Shown: one piece after another, positions 1 through 8,158 of the stretch
Layout: each line of letters begins with the position of its first letter
How positions within the stretch are numbered: position 1 is the first letter of the stretch
From: an uncultured Thermoleophilia bacterium
GTDB taxonomy: Bacteria; Actinomycetota; Thermoleophilia; UBA2241
Length of the DNA stretch: 30,870 nt
Assembly (NCBI GenBank): GCA_903912585.1
Contig: CAIWHY010000083.1
Span: 1 to 30,870 of the forward strand
Reading direction: 5' to 3'
Notes under the pieces: model-generated
Database searches by the model: none
What the model was told of the DNA's origin: nothing
Seen by the model: only the letters and a program-made list of their open reading frames with translations
Made by a program: the position numbers and the translations under genes

Positions 1-376
1 CGAACGCGTGTTCGTTGAGGATCTCCATGAGCTGGTCGCCGATGCGCAGCGCCGGGTTCAGCGCCGCGGAGGCGTCCTGGGGGACGTACGAGATCAGGCC
101 GCCGCGGACGCGCCGCAGCGCGCTGCGAGACGCGCTCAGCACCTCGGTGTCGGCGATGTCCACGCGGCCCTCGGAGATCTTGGCGCCGCGCCGCTGGTAG
201 GCGAGCAACGACGTCGCCGCCGTCGTCTTGCCGGATGCCGACTCGCCGACGAGGCCCAGCACCTCACCCTGGTGGATGGCGAAGGAGACGTCGTCGTCGA
301 TGTCGATGCCGGACGGGTCGAGGACGATGCGCAGGTCCGTGACGCTGAGCACGATGTCGGCACGCGGCTCGCTCAT
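1..376 (-). CDS. Peptide/nickel ABC transporter ATP-binding subunit (DppD/OppD-like); C-terminal part runs off the window edge
   Basis: Not in the ORF track; translated by hand from ATG 376: MSEPRADIVLSVTDLRIVL...GEVLGLVGESASGKTT (Walker A)...LISYVPQDASAALNP (Q-loop). ATGA overlap with the upstream permease stop. Confidence 0.9.
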   Translation of the reverse strand, partial: MSEPRADIVLSVTDLRIVLDPSGIDIDDDVSFAIHQGEVLGLVGESASGKTTAATSLLAYQRRGAKISEGRVDIADTEVLSASRSALRRVRGGLISYVPQDASAALNPALRIGDQLMEILNEHAF

Positions 377-1320
377 GTGACGGCCGTGTCTCTGTCGATG
401 CCCATCATCGCCCGCGCCAGACCGTCGGCGATGAGGTTGGTGCTGATCGTGAGGGCGGCGATGAGGAGGACGGGCGCCACGACGGCCCACGGCTGGATGG
501 TGATGGCGATGCGGTTCTCGTTGATCATGAGGCCCCAATCGGCGGATGGCGGCTGCATTCCGAAGCCGATGAACGAGAGCGCCGCGATCATGATGATCGA
601 GTAGGTCAGGCGCAGGCCGAACTCCACCAGCAACGGACTGCTGATGTTGGGCAGCACCTCGTAGAAAAGGATCTTGCGCCGGGGCACGCCGAGTGCGGCG
701 GCGGCCCTGACGAAGTCGCGCGCCGCCAGCTCCACGGTCGCCGCGCGCGTGACGCGGGCGATGCGCGGCATGTGCGATATGCCGACCATGAGCACGATCA
801 GCCAGAGCCGCGGCCCAAGGATGGAGACGAAGAGCATCGCGAGCACGATCGACGGGAAGGCCAGCACGACGTCGAGCATGCGCATGATGCTCTCGTCCAA
901 CCAGCGCCGGGCGTACCCGGATATGAGGCCCAGACTGACCCCGAGGACGATGCCGATGACGGTCGCCGCGATGCCGAGGACGAACACGGTGAGTCCGCCG
1001 TAGAGCACGCGGGTGAGCACGTCGCGGCCAAGGAAGTCCGTGCCCAGCCAGTACGCGGAGGCGGGCAGCGAGAAGGGGGGGCCCACGAACTCCGTCGGGG
1101 AATAGGGCGCCACGAAGCGGCCGAAGAGGGCGATGGCGAGCAGCACGATGAACATGACGAAGCCGATCTTGGTGCGCCGCAGATGCCAGGCGTCGCTGAT
1201 CGTCTGCACCCATTCGCGACGACCCCTGGCAACGAGCGGGACCGCCTCGAGAGGCTCGAGCGGCTCGAGCGTCCCGAGCGGCTGGAGCGGGTCCAGGCTG
1301 GCGTCGCCGCCGGAGCTCAT
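373..1320 (-). CDS. Peptide ABC transporter permease (DppC/OppC-like)
   Basis: WLGTDFLGRDVLTRVLYG and EAA-loop-like ARDFVRAAAALG...ILFYEVLPN motifs; several hydrophobic segments. Start ATG 1320 overlaps the upstream stop (ATGA); the longer ORF-track N-terminus is a shadow of the upstream gene. Confidence 0.92.
   Translation of the reverse strand: MSSGGDASLDPLQPLGTLEPLEPLEAVPLVARGRREWVQTISDAWHLRRTKIGFVMFIVLLAIALFGRFVAPYSPTEFVGPPFSLPASAYWLGTDFLGRDVLTRVLYGGLTVFVLGIAATVIGIVLGVSLGLISGYARRWLDESIMRMLDVVLAFPSIVLAMLFVSILGPRLWLIVLMVGISHMPRIARVTRAATVELAARDFVRAAAALGVPRRKILFYEVLPNISSPLLVEFGLRLTYSIIMIAALSFIGFGMQPPSADWGLMINENRIAITIQPWAVVAPVLLIAALTISTNLIADGLARAMMGIDRDTAVT
1246..1290. repeat. Five imperfect 9-bp tandem repeats (CTCGAGCGG-like) in the permease 5' end
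   Basis: CTCGAGAGG CTCGAGCGG CTCGAGCGT CCCGAGCGG CTGGAGCGG; encodes PLQ-PLG-TLE-PLE-PLE on the minus strand. Confidence 0.75.
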
Positions 1321-2285
1321 CGCAGACCGGTCCTGAGCCGCGGGCTGATGAGAATAGTGAGGATATCCGCGATCAGGTTGAGCACCACGTAGACCGCGGC
1401 GATCAGCAGGCAGAGCGCCTGCACCACGGGCATGTCGCGGTTGGCCACGGCGTCGACGAGTGCCGACCCGATGCCGGGGAAGCCGAACAGGTACTCCACC
1501 GTGACGATGCCGCCGGCCAGCCACGCGATGTTGATGGCGATTACCTGGATGGTCGGCACGATGGCGTTGGGCAGCGCGTGGTGCCACAGCACGCGCGACT
1601 CAGAAAGGCCCTTCAGGCGCGCCATCATGACGTACTCGCTCTCGAGCACCTCGACGGTGGAGGCGCGCAGCATGCGGCTCACGTAGGGGATGACGGCGAG
1701 CACCAGCGTGGCCACGGGCAGCACGAAGAGGAGCATCTGACTGCCGAGCGGAGACAACGAGTCGATGTTGGAGACCGAGGGCAGCCACTTGAACACCGCC
1801 GTGGCGAACAGCAGCACGAGGGCGATGCCGATCACGAACTCGGGAAGCGCCGCAAGGCTGAGATTCGCGAGATTGACGACGTTGTCGAACCGGGAGTCTC
1901 GCCAGATGGCGCTCAGCGCCCCGATGAAGATCGAGATGGGGATACTGATCAGGGCGGCCAGCAGCACCAGCGTGGCCGAATTGACGATGCGGCTGCGAAG
2001 CAGCGTGGTGACCTTCGCCCCGCCGCCGACAAGCGAGTTGCCGAAGTTGCCGCGCACGACTCCGCTCAGCCAGCTCGTGTACTGCGTGACGACAGGTCGG
2101 TTCAGCCCCAATTCCTTGCGCAAGGCCTCATAGCGCGCCACGTTGGCCGAGTCCTTGCCGAGAATCGCCTTCGCGGCGTCGCCCGGCAGCGCCTGCGTGG
2201 CCGCGAACACGACCAGCGTGACCAGCAACAGGGTCAGCAAGCCAAGCCCCAGACGGATGAGCATGAGTTTGACGAGAGGCGGCAC
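1317..2285 (-). CDS. Peptide ABC transporter permease (DppB/OppB-like)
   Basis: LLVTLVVFAATQALPGDAA, LGLNRPVVTQYTSWL...GNFGNSL, SEYVMMARLKGLS...HALPNA, TVEYLFGFPGIG, NRDMPVVQ; GGGAG RBS before GTG. Confidence 0.93.
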   Translation of the reverse strand: MPPLVKLMLIRLGLGLLTLLLVTLVVFAATQALPGDAAKAILGKDSANVARYEALRKELGLNRPVVTQYTSWLSGVVRGNFGNSLVGGGAKVTTLLRSRIVNSATLVLLAALISIPISIFIGALSAIWRDSRFDNVVNLANLSLAALPEFVIGIALVLLFATAVFKWLPSVSNIDSLSPLGSQMLLFVLPVATLVLAVIPYVSRMLRASTVEVLESEYVMMARLKGLSESRVLWHHALPNAIVPTIQVIAINIAWLAGGIVTVEYLFGFPGIGSALVDAVANRDMPVVQALCLLIAAVYVVLNLIADILTILISPRLRTGLR

Positions 2286-2312
2286 GTGTGTCTCCCTAAG
2301 CGGCCGGCAGGA

Positions 2313-2348
2313 GCCGGGCGCCCCGACCGCGAGGGCGGGGCGCCCGGC
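2313..2348 (-). terminator. Strong stem-loop between the substrate-binding protein gene and the first permease (attenuator or mRNA stabiliser)
   Basis: Perfect 13-bp arms GCCGGGCGCCCCG (2313-2325) and CGGGGCGCCCGGC (2336-2348), 10-nt loop; no U-tract. Confidence 0.6.
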
Positions 2349-2378
2349 CGCGAGCGGCCGAACAGTCGAGCGGTTGGA

Positions 2379-4028
2379 TCACGCCAGCTGGGCCAAGCGA
2401 TACCTGGCGTTGGCGGCGGCCGAGCCGAGGCCCGAGTAGTCGGGGATCATGCCCGTCACCTTCGAGCTGTGGGCGTCGACCTGATTGTCGAACCCGCAGA
2501 TGATGTAGCCGCCCTCGTTGTACTCCATGGTGGAGGCTTCGGTGATCAGGGCGTTGCGCTTGGCGTCGTCGACTGTCTTGAACGCCTCGTTGACGAGCGC
2601 CACGTACTTCGGGTTGGTGTCGGCCCAATGGGTCTCGTTGTAGACCGCTCCGGGCAGCGTCCCCATGCCGGCCTGCGCCAGATAGCCGCGCGTGCCCCAG
2701 TTGTCCATGGCGAACGGGTACTTGAGGTACTCGGCGCCCCAGAAGACGTCACCGGTGACGTTGTCGACCTTGACGGTGACGCCGGCGCCCTTCGCCTGCT
2801 GCGCGAACACCGTGGCCGCGGCGGGCGCGGCGCTGCTGACCGAGGTCGACGTCGTGAGCTTGAGGGAGAGGCTGTTGTCGTAACCGGCCGCCTTGAGCAG
2901 CGACTTGGCCTGCGCAAGGTCTTGTACGCGCTGCGGCAGGTCCTTGGCGTAGCCGGGATCGTAGGGCGCGTACATGTCGTTGCCGAGCCACTGCAGCCCG
3001 TCGGCCGCCTGGGCGATCAACTGCGGACGGTCGACGATGAGACGGAACGCCTGACGCACGCGCACATCGGTGAACGGCTTCGCTTTGCAGTTCATCGTGA
3101 AGGGGATCCACGACCCGGTCTTCGCCTTCAGGAGCACGAAGCCGGCGCCTTCGGCCACCTTCAGCTGGGCGCCCGGGATCATCTGGCAGTAGTCGGCGGC
3201 GCCGCCGAGCAGGGCGTTGAGCTGGGCGGTGTTGTCGGAGAACTCCACGATCGTGAGCTTGTCGACGTACGGACCGCCGCCCTGACGCCAGTAGTTCGGG
3301 TTCTTGACCATCGCGCACTGCACGCCGGGCTGGAAGTCGCCCGGGCTCGCCAGCTTGAACGGGCCCGTACCGACCACGCCTGCGCCGCCCTTGGGGTTGT
3401 AGCCCACCGGGACGATCCCCGCGCTGTAGGTGGAGAGCGCCTCTGGGAAGATCGCGTTCGGCTCCTTCAGATTGAAGCTGACCGTGAGGTCGTCGATCTT
3501 CTTGGTGCCGCCGGGCGCGAGTCCGCGCAGCTGCTGCGCCGCGAGCCCGGGGTTCTTGGGGTTGAGGATGCGCTCGAAGCTGGCGACGACGGCGTCCGCG
3601 TTGACCGGCGAGCCGTCGTGGAAGACGAGGCCCGACTTGAGCTTGACCGTGAACTGCGTCGCCTTCGCGTCAGGAGTGATCGATTCCGCGAGCGCCATGC
3701 CGAGGACGCCTTGAGCGTCGTGCTCGAGCAACGAGTCGTAGAGGTTGAAGCGCATGTCCATCGACGGCATCGTCAGAGCCGGAGCGTGGATGTCGAGGTT
3801 CTCCTTGGCCGAGCCCGCGGCCGCGGCCACCCGCAACTCGCCGCCCGACTTTGCGGCGGCGCTGCCGCTCGCCGCCGGACTCGCACTGCTGCTGCTACTG
3901 CCGCCGCAGGCCGCGACTACCGGCCCCATAGCAGCGCCGGCGCCAACCAACGCCGCGGCCTTGAGCACCTGCCGTCTCGTTAGGGGCGTCTTCAAGAATT
4001 CCAGAGAATCACCGTCTCGTGCACTCAT
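2379..4028 (-). CDS. ABC substrate-binding protein, family 5, predicted Tat-exported lipoprotein
   Basis: Twin-arginine TRRQVLK, hydrophobic stretch, lipobox VVAAC, Ser-rich linker; SBP5 motifs LYDSLL, FHDGSPVNADAVVASFER, VGTGPFKL, PFTDVRVRQAF; GGGGGAG RBS. Confidence 0.93.
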   Translation of the reverse strand: MSARDGDSLEFLKTPLTRRQVLKAAALVGAGAAMGPVVAACGGSSSSSASPAASGSAAAKSGGELRVAAAAGSAKENLDIHAPALTMPSMDMRFNLYDSLLEHDAQGVLGMALAESITPDAKATQFTVKLKSGLVFHDGSPVNADAVVASFERILNPKNPGLAAQQLRGLAPGGTKKIDDLTVSFNLKEPNAIFPEALSTYSAGIVPVGYNPKGGAGVVGTGPFKLASPGDFQPGVQCAMVKNPNYWRQGGGPYVDKLTIVEFSDNTAQLNALLGGAADYCQMIPGAQLKVAEGAGFVLLKAKTGSWIPFTMNCKAKPFTDVRVRQAFRLIVDRPQLIAQAADGLQWLGNDMYAPYDPGYAKDLPQRVQDLAQAKSLLKAAGYDNSLSLKLTTSTSVSSAAPAAATVFAQQAKGAGVTVKVDNVTGDVFWGAEYLKYPFAMDNWGTRGYLAQAGMGTLPGAVYNETHWADTNPKYVALVNEAFKTVDDAKRNALITEASTMEYNEGGYIICGFDNQVDAHSSKVTGMIPDYSGLGSAAANARYRLAQLA

Positions 4029-4160
4029 GTCTGCTCCCCCTTTGCCTTGGATTCGCTCATCCCCGCAGTATCAGCTGGACAAGAGCGCCTTGGAGAACCA
4101 GCGACCGCCACTCCTCGATCAGGAATCGGAAGAGCGTGCCCGATGGCTTTCTCCCAGAGA

Positions 4161-4192
4161 ATCATATGCGGGTTCGCCTCCTGTGATGACAA
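4161..4192 (-). promoter_or_regulatory. Candidate promoter of the ABC transporter operon
   Basis: TTGTCA (4192-4187), 20-bp spacer, TATGAT (4166-4161). The spacer is long, so it may be activator-dependent. Confidence 0.5.
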
Positions 4193-4208
4193 GTCCGAGG
4201 TCGAGACT

Positions 4209-4222
4209 TCCCAAATACCAGA
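4209..4222. promoter_or_regulatory. Candidate IclR operator A
   Basis: TCCCA-AATA-CCAGA, 16 bp upstream of TTGTCA on the minus strand. Confidence 0.6.
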
Positions 4223-4258
4223 CACGTTTTTTCCCGTGGAGGCGGGCCCCGTCGGGGT

Positions 4259-4273
4259 CGTGTCGTTGACACG
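4259..4273. promoter_or_regulatory. Inverted repeat overlapping the -35 box of the dehydrogenase operon promoter
   Basis: CGTGTC-GTT-GACACG, followed directly by the palindrome GTCATGAC (4273-4280). Confidence 0.45.
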
Positions 4274-4294
4274 TCATGACCGCGAACCTAGCAT
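4266..4294 (+). promoter_or_regulatory. Housekeeping-sigma promoter of the dehydrogenase-larA-M20 operon
   Basis: TTGACA (4266-4271), 17 bp, TAGCAT (4289-4294). Confidence 0.7.
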
Positions 4295-4474
4295 CCTCGT
4301 GAGTGCATCGGCGTGCCCAGCGGAGTCCGCGCCGCTCGCGCTACCGTTTGTCGACGCTGTCGCTTCCGGTCGTCCGCTCAGCCTGAGCGGCAGGTAGGGC
4401 GCCACGTGGCGGCCCTTCGAGGTGGTGCGCGCGAGTCTCACGCGTGACCACCATCCACGAGACTGAGGAGCCAG

Positions 4475-5500
4475 ATGCGAATCGTTGTTTTGGACGACAT
4501 CGGGATGGGCGCAGAGGATCTTCACCGCCTGGAGGCTCACGGCCATGTACGCGTCTTTTCCGCCGCGCCGTCCGACGACGCCGAGGTCATCGAGCGCATA
4601 CGAGGCGCAGAGGTCGTGATCTCCGGTTGGACGAAGATCGGCAGCGACGTCCTGCAGGCCGTGCCCGAGCTCCGGCTCGTCTCCCTCTGGGCTACGGGCC
4701 TCGACAACATCGATCTGGCGGCGGCAAGCGCGGCGAACGTGGCCGTCTGCAACGTGCCCTCGTATGCGACGGATTCAGTGGCCGAGCTCGCCCTCGGCTT
4801 GATGCTTGCGGTGATCCGCAAGATCCCTGCGGCCGACCGGCATCTGCGGCGCACGCTGCGAAGCGACTGGCGACCGTTCCAGGGAAGCCAGCTTCGCGGC
4901 AAGACCCTCGGCATCGTCGGCACCGGGGTGATCGGCCAGCGGGTGGCCCAGCTGGGCCACTGCCTCGGCATGCCCCTCCTTGGCCACGATCTGCGGGTGT
5001 CGGAGGCACTGGTGAACGATGTGGGCATGCGCTACACGTCGCTGCCGGATCTCTTCGCGAACAGCGACGTGGTAACGCTTCACGCGCCCCTCACAGCGGA
5101 CACCGAGCACCTCGTGGGCGCGTCCCTCCTGGGCCTTCTCTCTGACACGGCGGTGATCATCAACACCTCTCGCGCGGGCCTCATTCAGCAGGATGACCTG
5201 TACGCGGCGCTAGCGGACAAGGCCATCGCGGGCGCCGGACTCGACGTCATCGACCTTGAGTGCGAGAGCGGTCGGCGGCTCCTGGAGCTCGAGAACGTCG
5301 TCGTCACTCCCCATATCGGCTTCTACACGCATGAGGCTCTGGGGCAGCTGACGGCGATCTGCGTGGAGAATGTCGTCCGCTTTCTGGATGGGGACCCGAT
5401 CAACGTCGCCGGCCCTTGGCCCGCTTCACGCGCCATGACGGCGCCCGCGGGCGGGGAGACCGGCGACACGAGCGACGAGGTGAGCAGCGATGGCGCCTGA
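4475..5500 (+). CDS. D-isomer-specific 2-hydroxyacid dehydrogenase (NAD-dependent)
   Basis: WATGLDNID, Rossmann GIVGTGVIG, VTLHAP, INTSRAG (Arg), LDV, VTPHIGFYT (His); GAGGAG RBS. Confidence 0.93.
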   Translation: MRIVVLDDIGMGAEDLHRLEAHGHVRVFSAAPSDDAEVIERIRGAEVVISGWTKIGSDVLQAVPELRLVSLWATGLDNIDLAAASAANVAVCNVPSYATDSVAELALGLMLAVIRKIPAADRHLRRTLRSDWRPFQGSQLRGKTLGIVGTGVIGQRVAQLGHCLGMPLLGHDLRVSEALVNDVGMRYTSLPDLFANSDVVTLHAPLTADTEHLVGASLLGLLSDTAVIINTSRAGLIQQDDLYAALADKAIAGAGLDVIDLECESGRRLLELENVVVTPHIGFYTHEALGQLTAICVENVVRFLDGDPINVAGPWPASRAMTAPAGGETGDTSDEVSSDGA

Positions 5501-6785
5501 GCGACAGAGAATCTCGATACCGTACGGCGCCGGCTCGCTGGAGGCGGATATCCCTCAGGGCGGCACCCTGTTCATGGGCGAGTTCGAGGAGCTCTCGGCG
5601 CTCGATGACTTCAAGTCGACTCTTCTCGCGAGACTCGACCAGCCGACCGGGACCGATCCCCTTCGCGAACTCGCCAGCGGCCGCGCCAACACGCTCATCC
5701 TCGTCGACGACAACACGCGGCACACGCCGGTCGACCGCATCCTGCCCGTACTTCTCGACTACCTCAACGAAAGCGGCCTCGCGGACGAGGACATCCAGAT
5801 CCTCACGGCATCCGGAACACATCGCGTCATGACCGACGACGAGGTGCTGGCCAAGGTGGGTGCGGAGGCGCATCGCCGGGTCACGATCACTCAGCACGAC
5901 TGTCGCGACCTGGAGTCGATCGTCGAGCAGGACTCCGTCAGCAGCGGCGCCAGCATCATCCCCGTGCAGATCAACAGGAAAGTCCTCGACGCCGACCTCA
6001 TCATCGGGCTGGGAAGCATCTTCCCCCACAGCGATGCCGGCTTCACCGGCGGGGCCAAGATCGTGCAGCCGGGTGTCTGCGGGACGACCACTACGGCTGC
6101 CACTCACATCGCGGCGGCGCTTCTGGATGAGATCCCTCTGGGAGACGCCGACTCCCTGTGCCGGCTCGGCATGGAGGAGGTCGCGCGCAAGGTGGGCCTC
6201 GACTTCATCGTCAATGTCATCCAGGACCATCGCGGCCATCTCCTGGACATCGTCGCCGGCGACGTCGTCGCCGCCCATCGCCTCGGCGCCGAGGTCTCGC
6301 GCAGGGCGCACGGCGTCGTCGTCCCCGAGCCGGCGGACGTGGTCATCGTGAGCTCGTATCCCGGCGACATCGACTGGTGGCAGGCGGAGAAGTGCCTCGT
6401 CGCCGCGTACTTCGCCGTCAAACCCGGCGGCTTCATCGTGTTCGCCGGTCCCTGCTACGAGGGCCTCGTACACAACCATCCACGGCTGCGCGACTGGTTG
6501 CCGCTGTCGTTCGAGGAGGCTCGGACGAAGGCGGCCGGCATCGACCCGGCCGACACCGAGGCGGATCTCATCGCCGCCGACGTGGCCATCGTCAACGCCA
6601 AGGTGCGGGAGAAGGCCACCATCCTCATGGTGACCGACGGCCTGTCGGACGCCGACGTCGCCCTGCTCGGCTACCGGCGCATGCCGGACCTCCAGTCGGC
6701 GGTGGATCGTGCGCTGGAGCGTGCCTCGGGTGGCAGCGTGGGCGTCCTGCCGTACGGTGGGATCTGCCTGCCGATCGTCGGGTGA
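5490..6785 (+). CDS. larA: Nickel-pincer-dependent LarA-family hydroxyacid racemase/epimerase
   Basis: DDNTRHTP (Asp/Arg), ASGTHR (His), FPHSDAGFTGGAK (His and cofactor-binding Lys), TH, DIDWWQAEK (Gln/Lys), following the recalled LarA catalytic pattern. Confidence 0.9.
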   Translation: MAPERQRISIPYGAGSLEADIPQGGTLFMGEFEELSALDDFKSTLLARLDQPTGTDPLRELASGRANTLILVDDNTRHTPVDRILPVLLDYLNESGLADEDIQILTASGTHRVMTDDEVLAKVGAEAHRRVTITQHDCRDLESIVEQDSVSSGASIIPVQINRKVLDADLIIGLGSIFPHSDAGFTGGAKIVQPGVCGTTTTAATHIAAALLDEIPLGDADSLCRLGMEEVARKVGLDFIVNVIQDHRGHLLDIVAGDVVAAHRLGAEVSRRAHGVVVPEPADVVIVSSYPGDIDWWQAEKCLVAAYFAVKPGGFIVFAGPCYEGLVHNHPRLRDWLPLSFEEARTKAAGIDPADTEADLIAADVAIVNAKVREKATILMVTDGLSDADVALLGYRRMPDLQSAVDRALERASGGSVGVLPYGGICLPIVG

Positions 6786-8137
6786 CTGCCGGCGTCGAGG
6801 ACGCGGGGCTTCAGGACGAGGTCGTCCGTCTGCTCTCGCGGCTGATCCGGGCAGACACGAGCAATCCTCCCGGCGATTCGGCCGCCGCGGCGCACGTCCT
6901 CGAGCGTTACTTCCTCGACAACGGCGTCGAGCCCGAACTCGTGGGCGAGTCCCACGAGCTGTCCAATTGCATCGCCCGCGTGGCCGGCGGCGACGGGCCA
7001 TCCCTGCTCCTTCTCGGTCACCTCGACGTGGTGCCGGCGGACGAGAAGGAATGGATGCACCCGCCGTTCTCCGGCTTGGTCAAGGACGGCTACGTCTGGG
7101 GCCGAGGGGCCCTCGACATGAAGAACCAGGTGGCCGCCCAGGCCGTGGCCCTGGTGCGTGCAGCCCGGCGCAGACGCGCGGGCGAGACGCCGCGCGGCGA
7201 CCTCATCTTCGCCGCCACCGCCGACGAGGAGACCGGCGAGAGGTGCGGTGCCAAGTGGCTTCTCGATACGAAGCCGGACCTGCTGCGCGCCGACTTCGTG
7301 CTCAACGAGGGAGGGATGGACATGTTCGCGCCGGGCGACGGTCACGTCTACACGATCCACGCCGGCGAAAAGGGCTACGCCGCCTGCCGCATCACCGTCA
7401 GCGGCCGGTCGGGACACGGCTCGGTCCCGCTCCATCAGGACAACGCTGTCCTCGGCTTGGCGCGCGTCATCTCGGCGCTCGAGCGCTACGAGCCCACGGT
7501 CTCGACGGACCGGCTTCCGGTCGCCGTCATCGACAGGATCGTCGCCGACCCCCGGTCGCGCCGAAGCTTGAAGGAGCCGGCGACCGCCTACGCGGCGGTC
7601 AGGGAGCTGGCCGCCGTCGATCCGGGCGCCGCGGCGGTGATCGAGCCCTTGCTCGGAGTCACGTTCTCTTCCACGATCGTGCGCGCCGGCGGGGAAGCGG
7701 TGAACGTCATCCCGTCACGGGCGACGGTCACCGTCGACTGCCGCATGCTCCCCGGACAGACCGCCGAGGACATCCGCCGGGAGATCTCGCGCGCCCTGGA
7801 AGACCTCCCGGATCCGTGGGAGATGGAGATGCTCAACTTCATGCCGGGCAGCGAGTCGCCGCCCGACACTCCCTTCCGCGATGCCATCGCGGCGACGATA
7901 CAAGGACTCGTGCCCGATGCCGAGGTCCTGTGCGCACACTTCAGCGGCTTCACCGACTCGGCGCACATAAGGGCCGCGTTCCCCGGTACGGTCGCGTACG
8001 GGTTCTGCCCCTTCATCGTCGAGAGCGGGGCCACCGTCAGGCGACGCCTCCACGGCGTCAACGAGCGCATCGCCATCGCGGACCTCGTCCTCCAGACGCG
8101 GTTCTGCGAGAGGCTGGCGGCCAGGCTGCTCGCATGA
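6782..8137 (+). CDS. M20/M25/M40 family metallohydrolase (peptidase or amidohydrolase)
   Basis: GHLDVVPA, GRGALDMK, ADEETG, NEGG, HGS, NVIP, HGVNERI. GTG 6782 overlaps the larA stop (GTGA). Confidence 0.92.
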   Translation: MTAGVEDAGLQDEVVRLLSRLIRADTSNPPGDSAAAAHVLERYFLDNGVEPELVGESHELSNCIARVAGGDGPSLLLLGHLDVVPADEKEWMHPPFSGLVKDGYVWGRGALDMKNQVAAQAVALVRAARRRRAGETPRGDLIFAATADEETGERCGAKWLLDTKPDLLRADFVLNEGGMDMFAPGDGHVYTIHAGEKGYAACRITVSGRSGHGSVPLHQDNAVLGLARVISALERYEPTVSTDRLPVAVIDRIVADPRSRRSLKEPATAYAAVRELAAVDPGAAAVIEPLLGVTFSSTIVRAGGEAVNVIPSRATVTVDCRMLPGQTAEDIRREISRALEDLPDPWEMEMLNFMPGSESPPDTPFRDAIAATIQGLVPDAEVLCAHFSGFTDSAHIRAAFPGTVAYGFCPFIVESGATVRRRLHGVNERIAIADLVLQTRFCERLAARLLA

Positions 8138-8158
8138 CCCTGCGCGCGGCAACGCCGC

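Noticed and set aside
4025-4225. Small minus-strand ORF ending in an ATGA overlap with the SBP start, with AGGAGG before an internal ATG (possible leader peptide)
   Set aside because: That ATG lies inside the candidate -10 (TATGAT) and the AGGAGG is in the promoter spacer, so neither would be transcribed; the peptide has no telling composition.
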